From a virus: a DNA stretch of 64,000 nt. Positions 1 to 12,300 of the stretch are shown here, one piece after another. A program made the position numbers and the translations under genes. The stretch lies in IMG/VR virus record IMGVR_UViG_3300009163_003337, positions 1 to 64,000 of that record; one strand, 5' to 3'. Position 1 is the first letter of the stretch. Each line of letters opens with the position of its first letter. Under the pieces are notes generated by a model. The model ran no database searches. It had not been told where the DNA came from and worked only from the letters and a program-made list of their open reading frames with translations.

Positions 1-117
1 ATAAGCGTCGGAGGATTTAAACTTATTATCAAACTTAAAGATATCACCTACAAGAAAACCACCCCGTTCAAAGCGCTTCATATAATCCTCAACGAGTAAC
101 AAGTACGTTTTTGCCAT
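1..117 (-). CDS. 5' part of a hypothetical late protein (runs off the window start)
   Basis: Read by hand: ATG at 117 gives MAKTYLLLVEDYMKRFERGGFLVGDIFKF..., open to base 1. CATAAATA lies 5 nt upstream. Confidence 0.7.
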   Translation of the reverse strand, partial: MAKTYLLLVEDYMKRFERGGFLVGDIFKFDNKFKSSDAY

Positions 118-176
118 ATATCTATTTATGCTCGTATTATATATTTTCCTCTAAATATAATAAGATATCAAATATT

Positions 177-662
177 ATGGCAATCAAGTTAAATATTGTA
201 AAGCCTGCTGTAGCAGTACAAACAGCAAAAAGCTCTGGATTCTTATATAAAGATCTAGCAATGGATATTCTAGTAGGTAGTATTGACAATCCAGAACTCT
301 ATGCTTTAAAGAATAATGCAGATTTAGCTTCACTATATGATGTTAAATCAGTACTCAACTCTGTTAAGAATATACTCACAACTTCTCCCGGTGAAAAGCT
401 CTTAAATCCTACGTTTGGTATTAATTTATATATGTACCTCTTTGAGCCTATATCCGAGACACGCGGATTTTTTATAGGTACAGATCTATATAATGGAATT
501 ACATCTCAGGAGCCTCGAGTCACAGTAGATTTTATAAGAGTAATAGCTGATATTGAAGAACAGCAGTATGACATAAATATTCAACTATCTATACCATCTC
601 TTAATATTAATAGTCTATCACTTGATGGTATATTAAATAATAGCGGATACGTATTATTATGA
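177..662 (+). CDS. gp25: Baseplate wedge subunit, gp25-like
   Basis: YKDL..D, S+KNIL.T.PGE+L.NP.FG and EPRV motifs; next to gp6. The ATG at 177 is preferred to the TTG at 111, which overlaps the divergent gene. Confidence 0.9.
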   Translation: MAIKLNIVKPAVAVQTAKSSGFLYKDLAMDILVGSIDNPELYALKNNADLASLYDVKSVLNSVKNILTTSPGEKLLNPTFGINLYMYLFEPISETRGFFIGTDLYNGITSQEPRVTVDFIRVIADIEEQQYDINIQLSIPSLNINSLSLDGILNNSGYVLL

Positions 663-2462
663 GCATTAATAACTTTACTGAATATAACCTACCTAAGAGC
701 GCATACGCAACTTTTGAAGCAGATTCCTTAAAGAGTCTTATTATTGATCGCTTACGTGAAAGTGATGTATTTAAAGATCAGAGTTTTGAGGGTTCCAATA
801 TTAATGCACTTATTGATGTAGTAGCGTATATGTATCATGTGTTGCTATTTTATTTGAACGACTGCATCAGAAAGTAATTTTAGTACTGCTACTCTATATG
901 AAAACATGAGTAAGATAGTATCACTATTAAACTACAAGCCAAGAGGCCGATTAACATCGATTGCTAATATTACTTTAGAGACAGATTCTAGTGTACCTCT
1001 AGCTACATACACAATTAAACGCTTCTCTTTTATTGCTGTTGGTAACATTAAGTATAGCACAATAAAAGATATTACTTTTGAAAAAACAAATTACCTTGAT
1101 GCGGCTGTTTTTATAGATAACAGCACTCTACTGCAAGGCACTATATTAGAGTCACCTACATATACCGGTATGGGTGAGAATTATGAAGTTATTACTCTTA
1201 TTAATCCTTATAGCGACAGTAGCTTAAAATTTATTGCAGATAATAGCTTTACTGTGTTTGTACAAGATATAAACAATAAAATGTGGTATGAGTGGCAGGA
1301 GGTTTCGTCACTCTTTTTGGAGTCACCTACAAGCTTAGTATATGAAAAACGAATTGATGAAAATAGCAACTATACTTTTAAGTTCGGTAATAATATTACA
1401 GGTAAGGCGCTAACTATTGGCGATAGTATTAAGATCTTTTATGTTCTATCGGATGGTGAAGCGGGTCTAATTAATGCTAACGCTCTAAATAACTATAAAT
1501 TTAATTTATATAATTCACCAAGTATAGATAGTATTCTTAATGATCTGAATACATATAATGTTCAGTATATAAGCGCGACTGTATTATCGCATATAACACC
1601 TATTAATAGTAACGACTCTACACCTATTACATCCGCCGAGACAGTAGACGAGATTAGAGAGAACGTACCGAAAATGCTGTCTTCGCAAAATAGACTTGTT
1701 ACTGCAGCAGACTATGAGTTTTTTATTGCAAGTCAGTATAATAATATTGTAAGATCTACTAAAGTTATATCAAACGACGAGTACGCATCATCCTTTTTAA
1801 AATATTTTTATAGTATAGGTATTAATAAACCAAACGACAACTGTAGAGTCTTACTAAATCAAGTAAATTTTGCAACAGCATCAAATTTTAACAGTGTCTA
1901 TTTATTTTGCATTCCAAAAATATCGCCTATACTAGCAGAAACACGACCAAACTATTTAAATCTAGCTCAGAAGCAATTACTAACAAACGCATGTAACTCT
2001 AAAAAGGATATTACACACAATATAGTACATATGGATCCGATATTTAAAGCAGCTAGTTTTGGGTTACAGCTGCAGGGTGAAGAAATATGTGTTGATATCA
2101 AAGACAAAACTGTACTAGTAGTTAAGATAGATAGAGATATAAGAGTGAGTAGTTCCTCTGTAAAGTCAATTATAGTTAAGCTATTTATGGATCACTTTAA
2201 TAGCATGCAATTAGGTGGCAATATAAATATCAGAACACTAAACGACGATATCTTGAATATAGAAGGTGTTGTAAAGGTATTAACTAGACGTGTAGATACT
2301 GGCTACGAAACTACAGGCGTTCATCTCATTATTTGGAATCCTATATATGATATAGAGGACATAACGATTACATCACAAAGTTATGCACTTGAGAAGTATA
2401 TGTATGCGTTCTTATATGAATCTAGTAACTTACACACTAAAATAATCATAGAGGATGAGTAA
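659..2462 (+). CDS. gp6: Baseplate wedge protein gp6-like, interrupted by a frameshift near 860
   Basis: 659-877 carries the gp6 N-terminus (F.D..FEGSN+..LID++AY). The +1 frame continues TASESNFSTATLYENMSKIV..NYKP, then FGN..G and ET+D.IR..P...QNR.VT..DY. Confidence 0.85.
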
Positions 2463-5400
2463 TATAAACACTATAAACGCCTCTTTTAGAACGTATAACT
2501 TTTCTAATAGTATATCTGTTAGTGGTTATGCACTACCCTTTTCACAGTTTAAATTTATACTTGACATAGACGCTGACTTTGATATTAATATTTCCAGAAC
2601 ACAGCTAACATGGAATTTCGGTGATGGTACGATATCCAGGTCGATAACAGGTGTACATGCGTATAGTAAACCGGGTAACTATTATGTCTCAGTAGCTTTA
2701 TATGATAAATCCGGCATTAGTTATATAAGTACTTTTCAGCAAGCAGTTACTATTTATGATTTTATACAGAGTTCACTTAATGTATATGTGAGTGGATCAA
2801 ATACATATGAACTTATAGCTTCACGCATTACATCCCCCATTAAGGTTACAAATACTATACCTTACCACTTACTTTCAGGTGAGCAAGATAACAAATTGAT
2901 TGTACCAACGTCATCTATTGATAAACTCAATAATTTCTTTTACTTAAATTATGATAAGACTCCCTATGGTCACCTAAAACAATACTCCTCTTTCTACACA
3001 CTAGATGAATCATCTATTGGCAAGTTGGAATTTGTTGAGATAGATTCTTTCGTGACTACCGCAACACCAATTTTTTGTAAGTTACATAATAGTGATATTG
3101 TAATTACTGATGCAGAAGACTCAAATGCTTTCTTCTGCGGAATCTCAGGCAGCAGAGATATATACTTTAAAAGTGATGAACCGTATAGTAATGTAGACTT
3201 ATTTTTTGAGTATAGTCCGGAAGAAGGTATTAATACTCCACGTATAGGAATACATACTACCATTAAACAAAATGACAGTCTTTCTTACCTTAGTATAGAT
3301 GCTAACGGACTATCAAACGAGGGACCAACATCTAATTTATATAACATAACAAAAAATAAGTTTGGCAATACGAAGATTGGATTTGTTATTAAAATTAAAG
3401 ATGCGCTTAACTTTACCAATAAGTCATCTACTAACAGCTTAATAGTGGATGACCTTGTCGACGTTAACGGCAATTTAATTCTCATACCGCCACGAGAGGC
3501 CGATGTAAATATTGCGGTATTGGGTGGATACTCTACAGAGCTCGGCAAACGAGCAGTTAGTATTAAGTTAGCTAAGAACTCAATATCAATTAGTAATGTA
3601 GAGTTTACTATTTATAATAGTGGTGAGATTCAACACGGTATTGTACAGGGGTATTTTATAGTATCAACTACTAGGCCTTTAATTGATGTTTATATATCGG
3701 CCGATATAACTCTATCTGATAGAGTTATATCGGGTCAGTCAAATACATTTAATATATACACTAGTGATTTTTATAGTATATCTAAAAATGAAGAACTTAT
3801 AGATACTCATCAACAATTTGTTGATGTATCAATTCAACCTGTTCTACGTAATACACCTGTATTATTGAATAATTTTATTGGTAGTATAGTAGGTAACATA
3901 TCTTCAAATATAGATAATACACTAGGTAAACGGGTGTATGAAAAAATTAGCAACTTTACAAGTAATAACGCCGCGATTGACTATTGCTCGGTTCAGAGTA
4001 TTGATAGTAGTTTAAAGTCAGTAGGTAATAAGCTAATAAAGTATAATAAAGATAATTATTTATTTCCTTGTGATATGGGCAGACTTATTGATATAATGTC
4101 AATTAACTTTAATAAGCTAAAGGGTACACTAACTGCACCTAAGTTAGACTTTAATACAAATGGTTATAATAATTCTGAGGTATATGGAGAAAATTTAGGT
4201 AATAGAATTACCACGGATTATATTATTACTGCTGGTAAAGATATAGTTGCTTTTGAGAAAGCTAGTCAGACATTTAGCCTACTAAATACATACCTACCTC
4301 TTTGTGCGTCGAGAATTACTATGATATCTCCTAGTGCTAAGACATATAGGTTACGTGATTATAATTCTACCTGGGGTTGGGGACTGTTATTATCAAATGA
4401 TACTAAGATGAGTATTAGTCAGCAACTTGATACGGTATATATATTTTATGAATACAAGTCTTCTATCAGTAGTGTTGTTGTAGGTAGTATTATTGATAGT
4501 AATATTAGCGCTAATATTTCTATTAGTAATATTAGCTATAAAGAGTGGTCAGAACCAGCAGGTATTATGACCAATATACTTGCAAACCATATTTACAAAA
4601 AGCTAAATTTATTTATAAAGCCTTCAACGACCACCACTGTAACACAAGGACTAGAGTTACAAACTACGATAGGTTGGCCTGATTTAACAACTAATAAGTT
4701 AGGTGGAGCTCTTAATATGAATATATTTTCTACGAAAGACCACGATGCTGGTATATATGTAAGAAACGCTAACATGTGGTTGCATCAGTACCGACAACAG
4801 ATAAGTGGAGCTGTAGTATATAAGGGAGGAATGTCTACTGAGCGACCTGAGGACTATGGTGGTGTATTGATTACACCTAGACATGTATTATACTGTAACC
4901 ACGCGCACCCACACGCAGCAAACACCTGGGGACCCAATCTTAATGACTCGAGACCTACTACAGTTCGATTCGTGTTAGGTGATAACACCGTTGTTAATGC
5001 GACACAGTTGCATCAGGTACAAGTTGGTAGTCGTGATTTATGTGTTGCGGTTTTAGATACTAATGTATATGACCGGGGTGTGCATATTATACCGATATAT
5101 AACAATTATCATGAACTAGGACGTAACCTACCGTGGCTTGTAGGTACAAACCCTGGGTTTAGATATAAGTTTGCAATAAGTCAAGGATCACTAGGAGTGC
5201 AGGATGGTGGTGGTCCACGACCACTTGCTCCACTACCACTTACTACTCCATCAGAAACTGCTTCACAATATCAGGAAAATATGTGTCATATTTTTAATAT
5301 GTATAAGTTTGATGATACAGTGTTAGGAGATAGTCTGCAAGAAATAACTTCACCACTAATAGCTGCACCTGCACAATTTGTCTACGGTCTATATAAAGGA

Positions 5401-5604
5401 GATAGTGGAACTCCAGGATTTATGCTTTATAAAGATACTGTTTACTTGAATAGGATTGTTGGCGCTCAAGGTGAGTTCGATACAAGTGTAATGGAAGATA
5501 TTAATATTGCAATTATTGCAGCTGATGATGCGGCTATGTCACTTGACAGACTTCCCGTTAGAACTGGTTATACCGTATCTTTTAGTACCTTAGATAACTC
5601 TTAA
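2455..5604 (+). CDS. Large baseplate-region virion protein with an N-terminal PKD domain and a C-terminal trypsin-like serine protease domain
   Basis: WNFGDG...HAYSKPGNYYV (PKD). C-terminal GGVLITPRHVLYCNH, DLCVAVL and KGDSGTP give the His/Asp/Ser triad in order. Confidence 0.75.
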   Translation: MSNINTINASFRTYNFSNSISVSGYALPFSQFKFILDIDADFDINISRTQLTWNFGDGTISRSITGVHAYSKPGNYYVSVALYDKSGISYISTFQQAVTIYDFIQSSLNVYVSGSNTYELIASRITSPIKVTNTIPYHLLSGEQDNKLIVPTSSIDKLNNFFYLNYDKTPYGHLKQYSSFYTLDESSIGKLEFVEIDSFVTTATPIFCKLHNSDIVITDAEDSNAFFCGISGSRDIYFKSDEPYSNVDLFFEYSPEEGINTPRIGIHTTIKQNDSLSYLSIDANGLSNEGPTSNLYNITKNKFGNTKIGFVIKIKDALNFTNKSSTNSLIVDDLVDVNGNLILIPPREADVNIAVLGGYSTELGKRAVSIKLAKNSISISNVEFTIYNSGEIQHGIVQGYFIVSTTRPLIDVYISADITLSDRVISGQSNTFNIYTSDFYSISKNEELIDTHQQFVDVSIQPVLRNTPVLLNNFIGSIVGNISSNIDNTLGKRVYEKISNFTSNNAAIDYCSVQSIDSSLKSVGNKLIKYNKDNYLFPCDMGRLIDIMSINFNKLKGTLTAPKLDFNTNGYNNSEVYGENLGNRITTDYIITAGKDIVAFEKASQTFSLLNTYLPLCASRITMISPSAKTYRLRDYNSTWGWGLLLSNDTKMSISQQLDTVYIFYEYKSSISSVVVGSIIDSNISANISISNISYKEWSEPAGIMTNILANHIYKKLNLFIKPSTTTTVTQGLELQTTIGWPDLTTNKLGGALNMNIFSTKDHDAGIYVRNANMWLHQYRQQISGAVVYKGGMSTERPEDYGGVLITPRHVLYCNHAHPHAANTWGPNLNDSRPTTVRFVLGDNTVVNATQLHQVQVGSRDLCVAVLDTNVYDRGVHIIPIYNNYHELGRNLPWLVGTNPGFRYKFAISQGSLGVQDGGGPRPLAPLPLTTPSETASQYQENMCHIFNMYKFDDTVLGDSLQEITSPLIAAPAQFVYGLYKGDSGTPGFMLYKDTVYLNRIVGAQGEFDTSVMEDINIAIIAADDAAMSLDRLPVRTGYTVSFSTLDNS

Positions 5605-5617
5605 CAAACCTTGTTCA

Positions 5618-5625
5618 TATAAATA
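5618..5625 (+). promoter_or_regulatory. T4-type late promoter TATAAATA
   Basis: Exact consensus, 6 nt before ATG 5632; the phage encodes gp55. Confidence 0.7.
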
Positions 5626-5631
5626 TAAATA

Positions 5632-8600
5632 ATGAGTAGTGAAGTTATATTTAGTTCGAGTAGGGTCAGTAATTCAATTACGACGAACCCCACAACTACT
5701 TCTATTGATGTAACGTCTCCACTGTCTTTTTTTAATTTTTTACAGAATATTGAAGCTGACTATACAGCTGATCAATACAATAACCTCTATATTAAGTACC
5801 TACAAGAGTGGTCAGAAGTTAAAAGCACACTTGATAATACTAAGACCTTAAGTGTAGTAGAGCTCTATATATCCTTTCTAAAAGAAGTAGTTATAACGTA
5901 TTCAACGCAACAGGAATTAAGATTCTTATCTACTCTTGACTTTAGTGATCCTGTAGATCTAGATATAATTATACCTATTTATGTAGAAAAATTACGTCAA
6001 ATTATTATAATGTACAAGGAGCGACGAGACTACGCTAAGTACTCGATTGACAGGTTTAAGATAAAAGGAACACAGACCTCTGTAGAGCGCGCTATTTTTG
6101 AGCAAATATATAACTATATATTTAACTCAACGGTGAGTATATCAATTAACGAGCCTACTACACCTATTTCTATCATACTTTCAAATATGAACATCAACAT
6201 TGAAGAGTTTGTTGATGTTCATTCAAAATATTTTGACATACCTAGAGATAAACCTAGTAATACAACATTACGTGATGAGTTGTCTTCTGCTAATATTAAC
6301 TCTATAGATATTAATTTATTCTTTTCCGCAATTGACGCTAATGATATTTTTAGGTCGGAGATATTTCTTTCAGAGGTGCCGATTGCAATTAATTATGCAA
6401 CAACTATAGACGCGCAGTGTGACCCTACTAATCCCCTTCTCTTAATATCCAGTGAGGCTACACGTTGTGGTATAAGTCTACGGCAACAAGATATATTAAA
6501 ACGTGAACTAATCAGTAAGTATATTGGTGTTGATTTTTACTATACAAGTACTTTTAATAATACTCTATGTTCCGGTAGATTTATTAAAGCACAAAACCCA
6601 TCCTCTAATATCCCAAACTTACAGGTAGCAGACACTGCTACTATTCAGTCTAATGAACTTAAGCTACTGCGTGATGTAGGTTTATTTTTTAAGCCTGATA
6701 AGACAGGAATTATACAGTTAAATAGTAATAACTATACATATAGAATTGACGAAACTAAGATCGAGAAAGATAAGCTGTATATTTATCCTGATCCAGCTGT
6801 ATATGGTAATGTCTCTATTAATAAGCAATCTAATTACCCACTTATTTTTATACATAATTATGAAGACGCAGTTCGCAATAGTACTGCAGGATTAGCCAAC
6901 GGTCAGCCGAGTGTTAGTAATTATGAGCAAACCGTTAATGCCTATTATGCGAAAAATAACTTAATAACGAGTAATGCGTCTCACCCGGAAGGTCTTAATC
7001 TTAACTTTAGTGACCTATCTAATAAGGGATATATTGCTAAACTTCAATATGATGTATACGGTAATGAGTATGCTTTGTTTAAGGAGGAGTTAGGTCATAC
7101 GTTTAGGCAATATGAGAACGTAGCATATAGTAACACTATACTTAATTTACAGCTTGATGGTCATACGTTTTTAGATCTTTATGAAGGTTATAATTTTGAC
7201 TATTCTACTACAGGTAAATTAGATTCATCTTTTCGGTCAGGTGTGCGAACCAATACCGCAAATGACGTTACATATCAACCAATTACAACAGAATCGTCAC
7301 CTACACTATCAATTCTTACAGAAGATTGTCAAGAGATCATATACGCTGCATACTCTACGGCTAACTTTAAATATGCAAACTTCCCGCTGCATTGTAATTT
7401 GAGAAGCTTTACACCATATGAGGAATTAATCGTACCGAGTCGTAATGTTATTGCTAAATTTCGTGACGGTGGTTCTTTTGTATCAAATTCAGTATCGATA
7501 ACAGCTGCCAATGATGATTCTGACACACTTCAGGAAGATGGTCTTCCTTTAGATATTGAGTCTACAGATAATAGTGAGATAGTAAATCCTGTTTATACTA
7601 CTGTCAAGAGTTTAGTTGATAGTTTATCAGGTGCTGATTCTAATGCGTATCCTCTCAATATTGATTACTATTATACGGAACTAGTTGACGCAGGTATTAG
7701 TAGCTTAACGCCTATTACACGTGCAACTTTTACACTTTCAGCTAGCTTTACATACGACCTGTTTAATAGTTATAGCAGCGCGCTTGTAGAGGAATATTAC
7801 TGTGGATTATTTACAGATACAGATTTAGAACTTGTAAATGATTTTAATTATAAGGAAGGGATATCAATATATAACAATATTAATGAAAGTAGTGTCACCC
7901 AATTAGAAACGCTAGGCGACGCAAGCGACTGCAACGGTGTACTAAACACTGATGTACTGAAGGCACAAGCTATAAAGCAAAAGTTAAGCGGTAAGTTATT
8001 TATCAAGAATCAAAAATACTCTACGTCACAACAGATATTTGAAACTTTTGGATTTTTAGATGCAAAGTATAGCAATAGTGTTTATAGAGACGTTATAGAT
8101 AATATGTGCGATTTTGATGTTATCTATGATACGGTGATTTTCGAGACAGAGCAACATCTTATTTTTGAAAAAATAAGATATAGTGATAACAAGTTTACAC
8201 TACCGTTAACAAAAAACAATATAATTGTAGCTAAGCAATCAAATATACGAGATAAGTTCTCTAATAGATTCTTTAATGAGCGTAATAATATGATTATATT
8301 CTGCACTGTAGGTAGTGTACGGAGTTCTACGTTAAATAGCAGCACCTTAAACGATAGTATAATACTGCTACCCACTATATATCAATATTCAATTAAGACA
8401 AACGAGATTAGTATGATATTCCCACAAAGGAGTAATCTTAATGAGGATACCATTGCAGTATTTAACATTGCTAGTTACTTTACTAGTACTTTTGACGTTG
8501 TTATTGTTAAGATAAATAAGCCTGTAATAACGTTTAATTATTTTAATAACATATATAAGCTGACATATACATGTACTGATAATAATAACATGGTATATTT

Positions 8601-8784
8601 ATTCGATATAGATTTTGAGGTTGGAACTACTTCAGTTAGACTAATCAAGAATCGATTCTTTAAGCAGAATAAGATGATTAATACGACAAACTTTACTAAC
8701 GACTTTAATAGTTCACGAGAGTTTGTCGACATAAATTCTATAAACGGTAACATAACTAGAACATCAGGGGTAATATCTCTATGA
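5632..8784 (+). CDS. Large virion structural protein (baseplate region)
   Basis: 1050 aa ORF in the baseplate cluster behind a late promoter; no family recognised. Confidence 0.55.
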   Translation: MSSEVIFSSSRVSNSITTNPTTTSIDVTSPLSFFNFLQNIEADYTADQYNNLYIKYLQEWSEVKSTLDNTKTLSVVELYISFLKEVVITYSTQQELRFLSTLDFSDPVDLDIIIPIYVEKLRQIIIMYKERRDYAKYSIDRFKIKGTQTSVERAIFEQIYNYIFNSTVSISINEPTTPISIILSNMNINIEEFVDVHSKYFDIPRDKPSNTTLRDELSSANINSIDINLFFSAIDANDIFRSEIFLSEVPIAINYATTIDAQCDPTNPLLLISSEATRCGISLRQQDILKRELISKYIGVDFYYTSTFNNTLCSGRFIKAQNPSSNIPNLQVADTATIQSNELKLLRDVGLFFKPDKTGIIQLNSNNYTYRIDETKIEKDKLYIYPDPAVYGNVSINKQSNYPLIFIHNYEDAVRNSTAGLANGQPSVSNYEQTVNAYYAKNNLITSNASHPEGLNLNFSDLSNKGYIAKLQYDVYGNEYALFKEELGHTFRQYENVAYSNTILNLQLDGHTFLDLYEGYNFDYSTTGKLDSSFRSGVRTNTANDVTYQPITTESSPTLSILTEDCQEIIYAAYSTANFKYANFPLHCNLRSFTPYEELIVPSRNVIAKFRDGGSFVSNSVSITAANDDSDTLQEDGLPLDIESTDNSEIVNPVYTTVKSLVDSLSGADSNAYPLNIDYYYTELVDAGISSLTPITRATFTLSASFTYDLFNSYSSALVEEYYCGLFTDTDLELVNDFNYKEGISIYNNINESSVTQLETLGDASDCNGVLNTDVLKAQAIKQKLSGKLFIKNQKYSTSQQIFETFGFLDAKYSNSVYRDVIDNMCDFDVIYDTVIFETEQHLIFEKIRYSDNKFTLPLTKNNIIVAKQSNIRDKFSNRFFNERNNMIIFCTVGSVRSSTLNSSTLNDSIILLPTIYQYSIKTNEISMIFPQRSNLNEDTIAVFNIASYFTSTFDVVIVKINKPVITFNYFNNIYKLTYTCTDNNNMVYLFDIDFEVGTTSVRLIKNRFFKQNKMINTTNFTNDFNSSREFVDINSINGNITRTSGVISL

Positions 8785-9302
8785 ATACAATAAATATATA
8801 TTATGATTTAAATCTGCAGAATTCAGTTCAAACCATGGAGCCTCTGTTGATTAAAGGTACTACTACTATTAATACAGTATTAACCGGTATAAAGGAGGAT
8901 ACATCTAAGGTATTGTATATCGATATAGACTATGGTGATGGATCAGCAAAAGTTAAGCTACAACGACCCGTTCACTATAATTACAGGCAAAACTCTATAT
9001 TTAATGAGCTAAGATATGGTAAGATTGGAGGATCCATATGCCTAACAACGTCACATGTTTATAGTAATACTGATAATATTAACTATGGTAAGCAGTTTAT
9101 AACAAGCTTTCTCTTTCTATATAGTGATGGTAGGGAGTATAGGATTATACAACCAGTTACAGTATTTTGGGGCTCTTTCTATGACGATATTAAGGAACTA
9201 GTTGCGATTAACACTCAGATACAACCTACAATTGAGAATAATTCATTTGTGAATCTTGAAAGTACTTCAGCGTCGCAGTTATTTCCTTGTATATTACCTT
9301 AA
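8781..9302 (+). CDS. Virion protein with a PKD-like motif
   Basis: IDYGDG...SHVY motif; overlaps the upstream stop by 4 nt. Confidence 0.55.
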   Translation: MNTINIYYDLNLQNSVQTMEPLLIKGTTTINTVLTGIKEDTSKVLYIDIDYGDGSAKVKLQRPVHYNYRQNSIFNELRYGKIGGSICLTTSHVYSNTDNINYGKQFITSFLFLYSDGREYRIIQPVTVFWGSFYDDIKELVAINTQIQPTIENNSFVNLESTSASQLFPCILP

Positions 9303-9314
9303 ACTTAAATACAG

Positions 9315-9322
9315 TATAAATA
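9315..9322 (+). promoter_or_regulatory. T4-type late promoter TATAAATA
   Basis: Exact consensus, 6 nt before ATG 9329. Confidence 0.7.
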
Positions 9323-9328
9323 TATTAT

Positions 9329-12300
9329 ATGTCATTAGAGGTATACAGTCTATCTTCAATAGCTACACCAAGAGCTGTATATCTCGATAATTTTTATAAC
9401 TATAAGCAAAAATTAGATATATATGAGCAAGGACTACAGTTAAATGTTATTGATGCCTTTAAAAGTACCTATGATACTTCTATTAATAACTACACTTCAC
9501 ATTATCTTACAGGTTTTAAAAAAATAAGTGATTTTATTGATACATCTAATATACAAGACCAACGTAGAACTATAACTACACCTTTAATTTTTAATAATTT
9601 ATCAAAAACTACCAATATACGAGTACTTGATTTACAACCAGTAAGAAATACCGATAATACTACTTTACGTATACTACCTGAGGTTAAATTTACGAATGAT
9701 GGGAACTTTTTTGAGTTAGAATTTATTAATGATAGTTTATTAAGAGTATTACACAATAATAGAAGAGGATATTATGCACTCAATGTTAAACGAAGTGAAT
9801 CAACAGCGGTATTTACAAAGGAGATTACATCATTTATAGATCAAGGTAGCGGTAGGACAGCAAATGATTTAGTTAAGCTATATACAGATGTCTTTCTTTT
9901 TCACTTAGATGATCAGGGCTACCTTCAACTATATCAGTACGCTACAGATGATGTATTATGTATTGTACAACTTACAATTGTATCAGATAGCGTATCGCTA
10001 ACTTTAATAAACAATACATCAAAGTATGTCTGCAAGACTACGTCAGTAATTAAAGTAAACAACAACAATATATCACTATTACCTAAACTACAACACAGTT
10101 CAATAAGCTATGATGTGTCTAAACTACATAGTCTCAAGATAAACTCAAATAAAGTCACAACTAACTTAAGCAATCAGTACTTACTACACACTAATTACAA
10201 TACGGTTAATGACACGTTTAATCTTAACTATATAGAGCTTAATAATAATCGCTCTGAGTTAGGGTTTATTAAACAGGGAACAAACTTAAATGTTACATCT
10301 AATATGGGTAAGGCAAGTACGTTTAGAGAGTATACTACTCTAAGAACTGGTAACCATCAAGTATATGGTGATAGTAACATCTCTCTATCATATATTCTAT
10401 ATGATAGAGATATAATAGCTGTAAGCGATACATCTACCGAATTTCAAACACCACAATCTCTATATCCATATAAAAAACTTAACGTCAATGATACAGTGTT
10501 TACGCAGAATGGTAGTATGGGCTCTACTGTTCCACTACTCGCGGACAGAATACTAAATACTAGCTTGACAAAATCTACATTTAACTCTGGTGAGTTTATA
10601 TGTACGTGGCTGTGCTATAATTCTGTTGATAATACATATAAGTGGCTTGATAGGTATTACTATCCTGATAGAATCTCGAGGCAAGCAGCGTTATCTGCAT
10701 CGAGCATGTATATTATAACGTCTCCTATTGTGGTGGATTCAGTTAGTGAAAATATTAAGTCAGTAGTACCCTATGTTTTTGATAAGCTAAGCGACTTGGT
10801 ATTTGAGCCAGGTAGTATTTATACATATTTTAGAGTCGGTAAACAGAATGTTATGGATATACTTAGCAAGCAACAACCAGTTATTAACAATTTTGATTGC
10901 TATTTCACCGCAGCTAACAATACAAGGGTACCGTATATCAGCAACTCCCTTAACTACGATGGTTCTAGATATAGTTCCTATGATGTTCATGAATCAATTA
11001 ATAGTACATCACAATTTACAGTTGCCTTTGATTACTACGTTGATGATAAGGTGAGTATAGGTCATTCAATCTTAAATTCTTATGATTGCTTTACTGTAGT
11101 AAATAATGAACAACTAACACCACTTATTACGTTGTATCAAGATAGAGAAGTGCTTATATATAATACTGACTATGTTTTAATAAAGAGAGTTAAGTTTAAT
11201 TCTAATGTTAAGTCGATCATACATAATTCCTTGTTAGATGGATTCTTTGTAGTGTGTACAGATGGTACTATAACAAAAGTTAGTACAGATGGTACTAAAA
11301 TACAACAAAAAATTATTAGTGATGTATTAGATACATCTATTGTAAATTATAAAAGCCACACTACTGATGATAATAATATTTACTTTCTGCTAGATTCAGT
11401 AGGTAATGTAGCTGTTGTTGATAAACATACACTTAATACAACATATACTAAATCAACACCTCTACCTCTATATTCTTCAATTACTCAACCCGTAAATAGT
11501 ATTATTATATATAATCGTACGATTTTTGGCGTACCAGGTGACATAGTAAAGTATCAAACGAATACTAAGATCTTCTTTCTACAGGGAAATAAGCAGATTT
11601 GGCGTTATGATCTAGTTCAAAATAAAGCCAGAGTATTATTTGATACCGGTTCTTCAAGCGTTATTAATGATTTTGATATAGTTGATGATAATATTATCTT
11701 TATAACTAATAAGAATTGGTATTCATACACATTAAATAGATTATTTGTATTATCGGGTACCACTACAACAAGTACAGAGACATTTAAGAATATACATATA
11801 GATACTGTCCTTGAACATACATATAAAGGCACTACTCAGTCGACAAATTTATTAATGTTATCGGGTGCGCAAGGTAGTAATAGTGGTTCCCTCTACATAT
11901 CAAATTTATTTACAGGTGTAACAACTAATTTAGGTATTAGTGGTATATATAGCCCTCTAACATCTTCTTATCGTAGATTTTTCTCTATGACCGATTCGAA
12001 TAGATTCGTGATTCAGGAAAAAAATACCCTTAACTTTAAACTTAAGTTAACAAATATATCAAATACAGCTGATATAGATACAGTATCCATAGCTGTACCT
12101 GTAGGTACTCTTGATACAGGTTTTCATAATTTTATATATCGTTTTGACGCTATTCAAGGCAATATTAGTTTATATATTAATGGAGTTTTCTATGAGAATA
12201 AAGTGATACAGCCATATAAATACTGTGGAGCCTCGATAATAAATGAAAACCTATATATCGGAACTACAGGCTTTAAAAATAATAATACTTTAGCTACGTA

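Noticed and set aside
111-176. Upstream starts in the track (111, 22386, 35025, 51717, 53518, 55722)
   Set aside because: They overlap neighbouring genes or promoter boxes; the downstream ATGs fit better.
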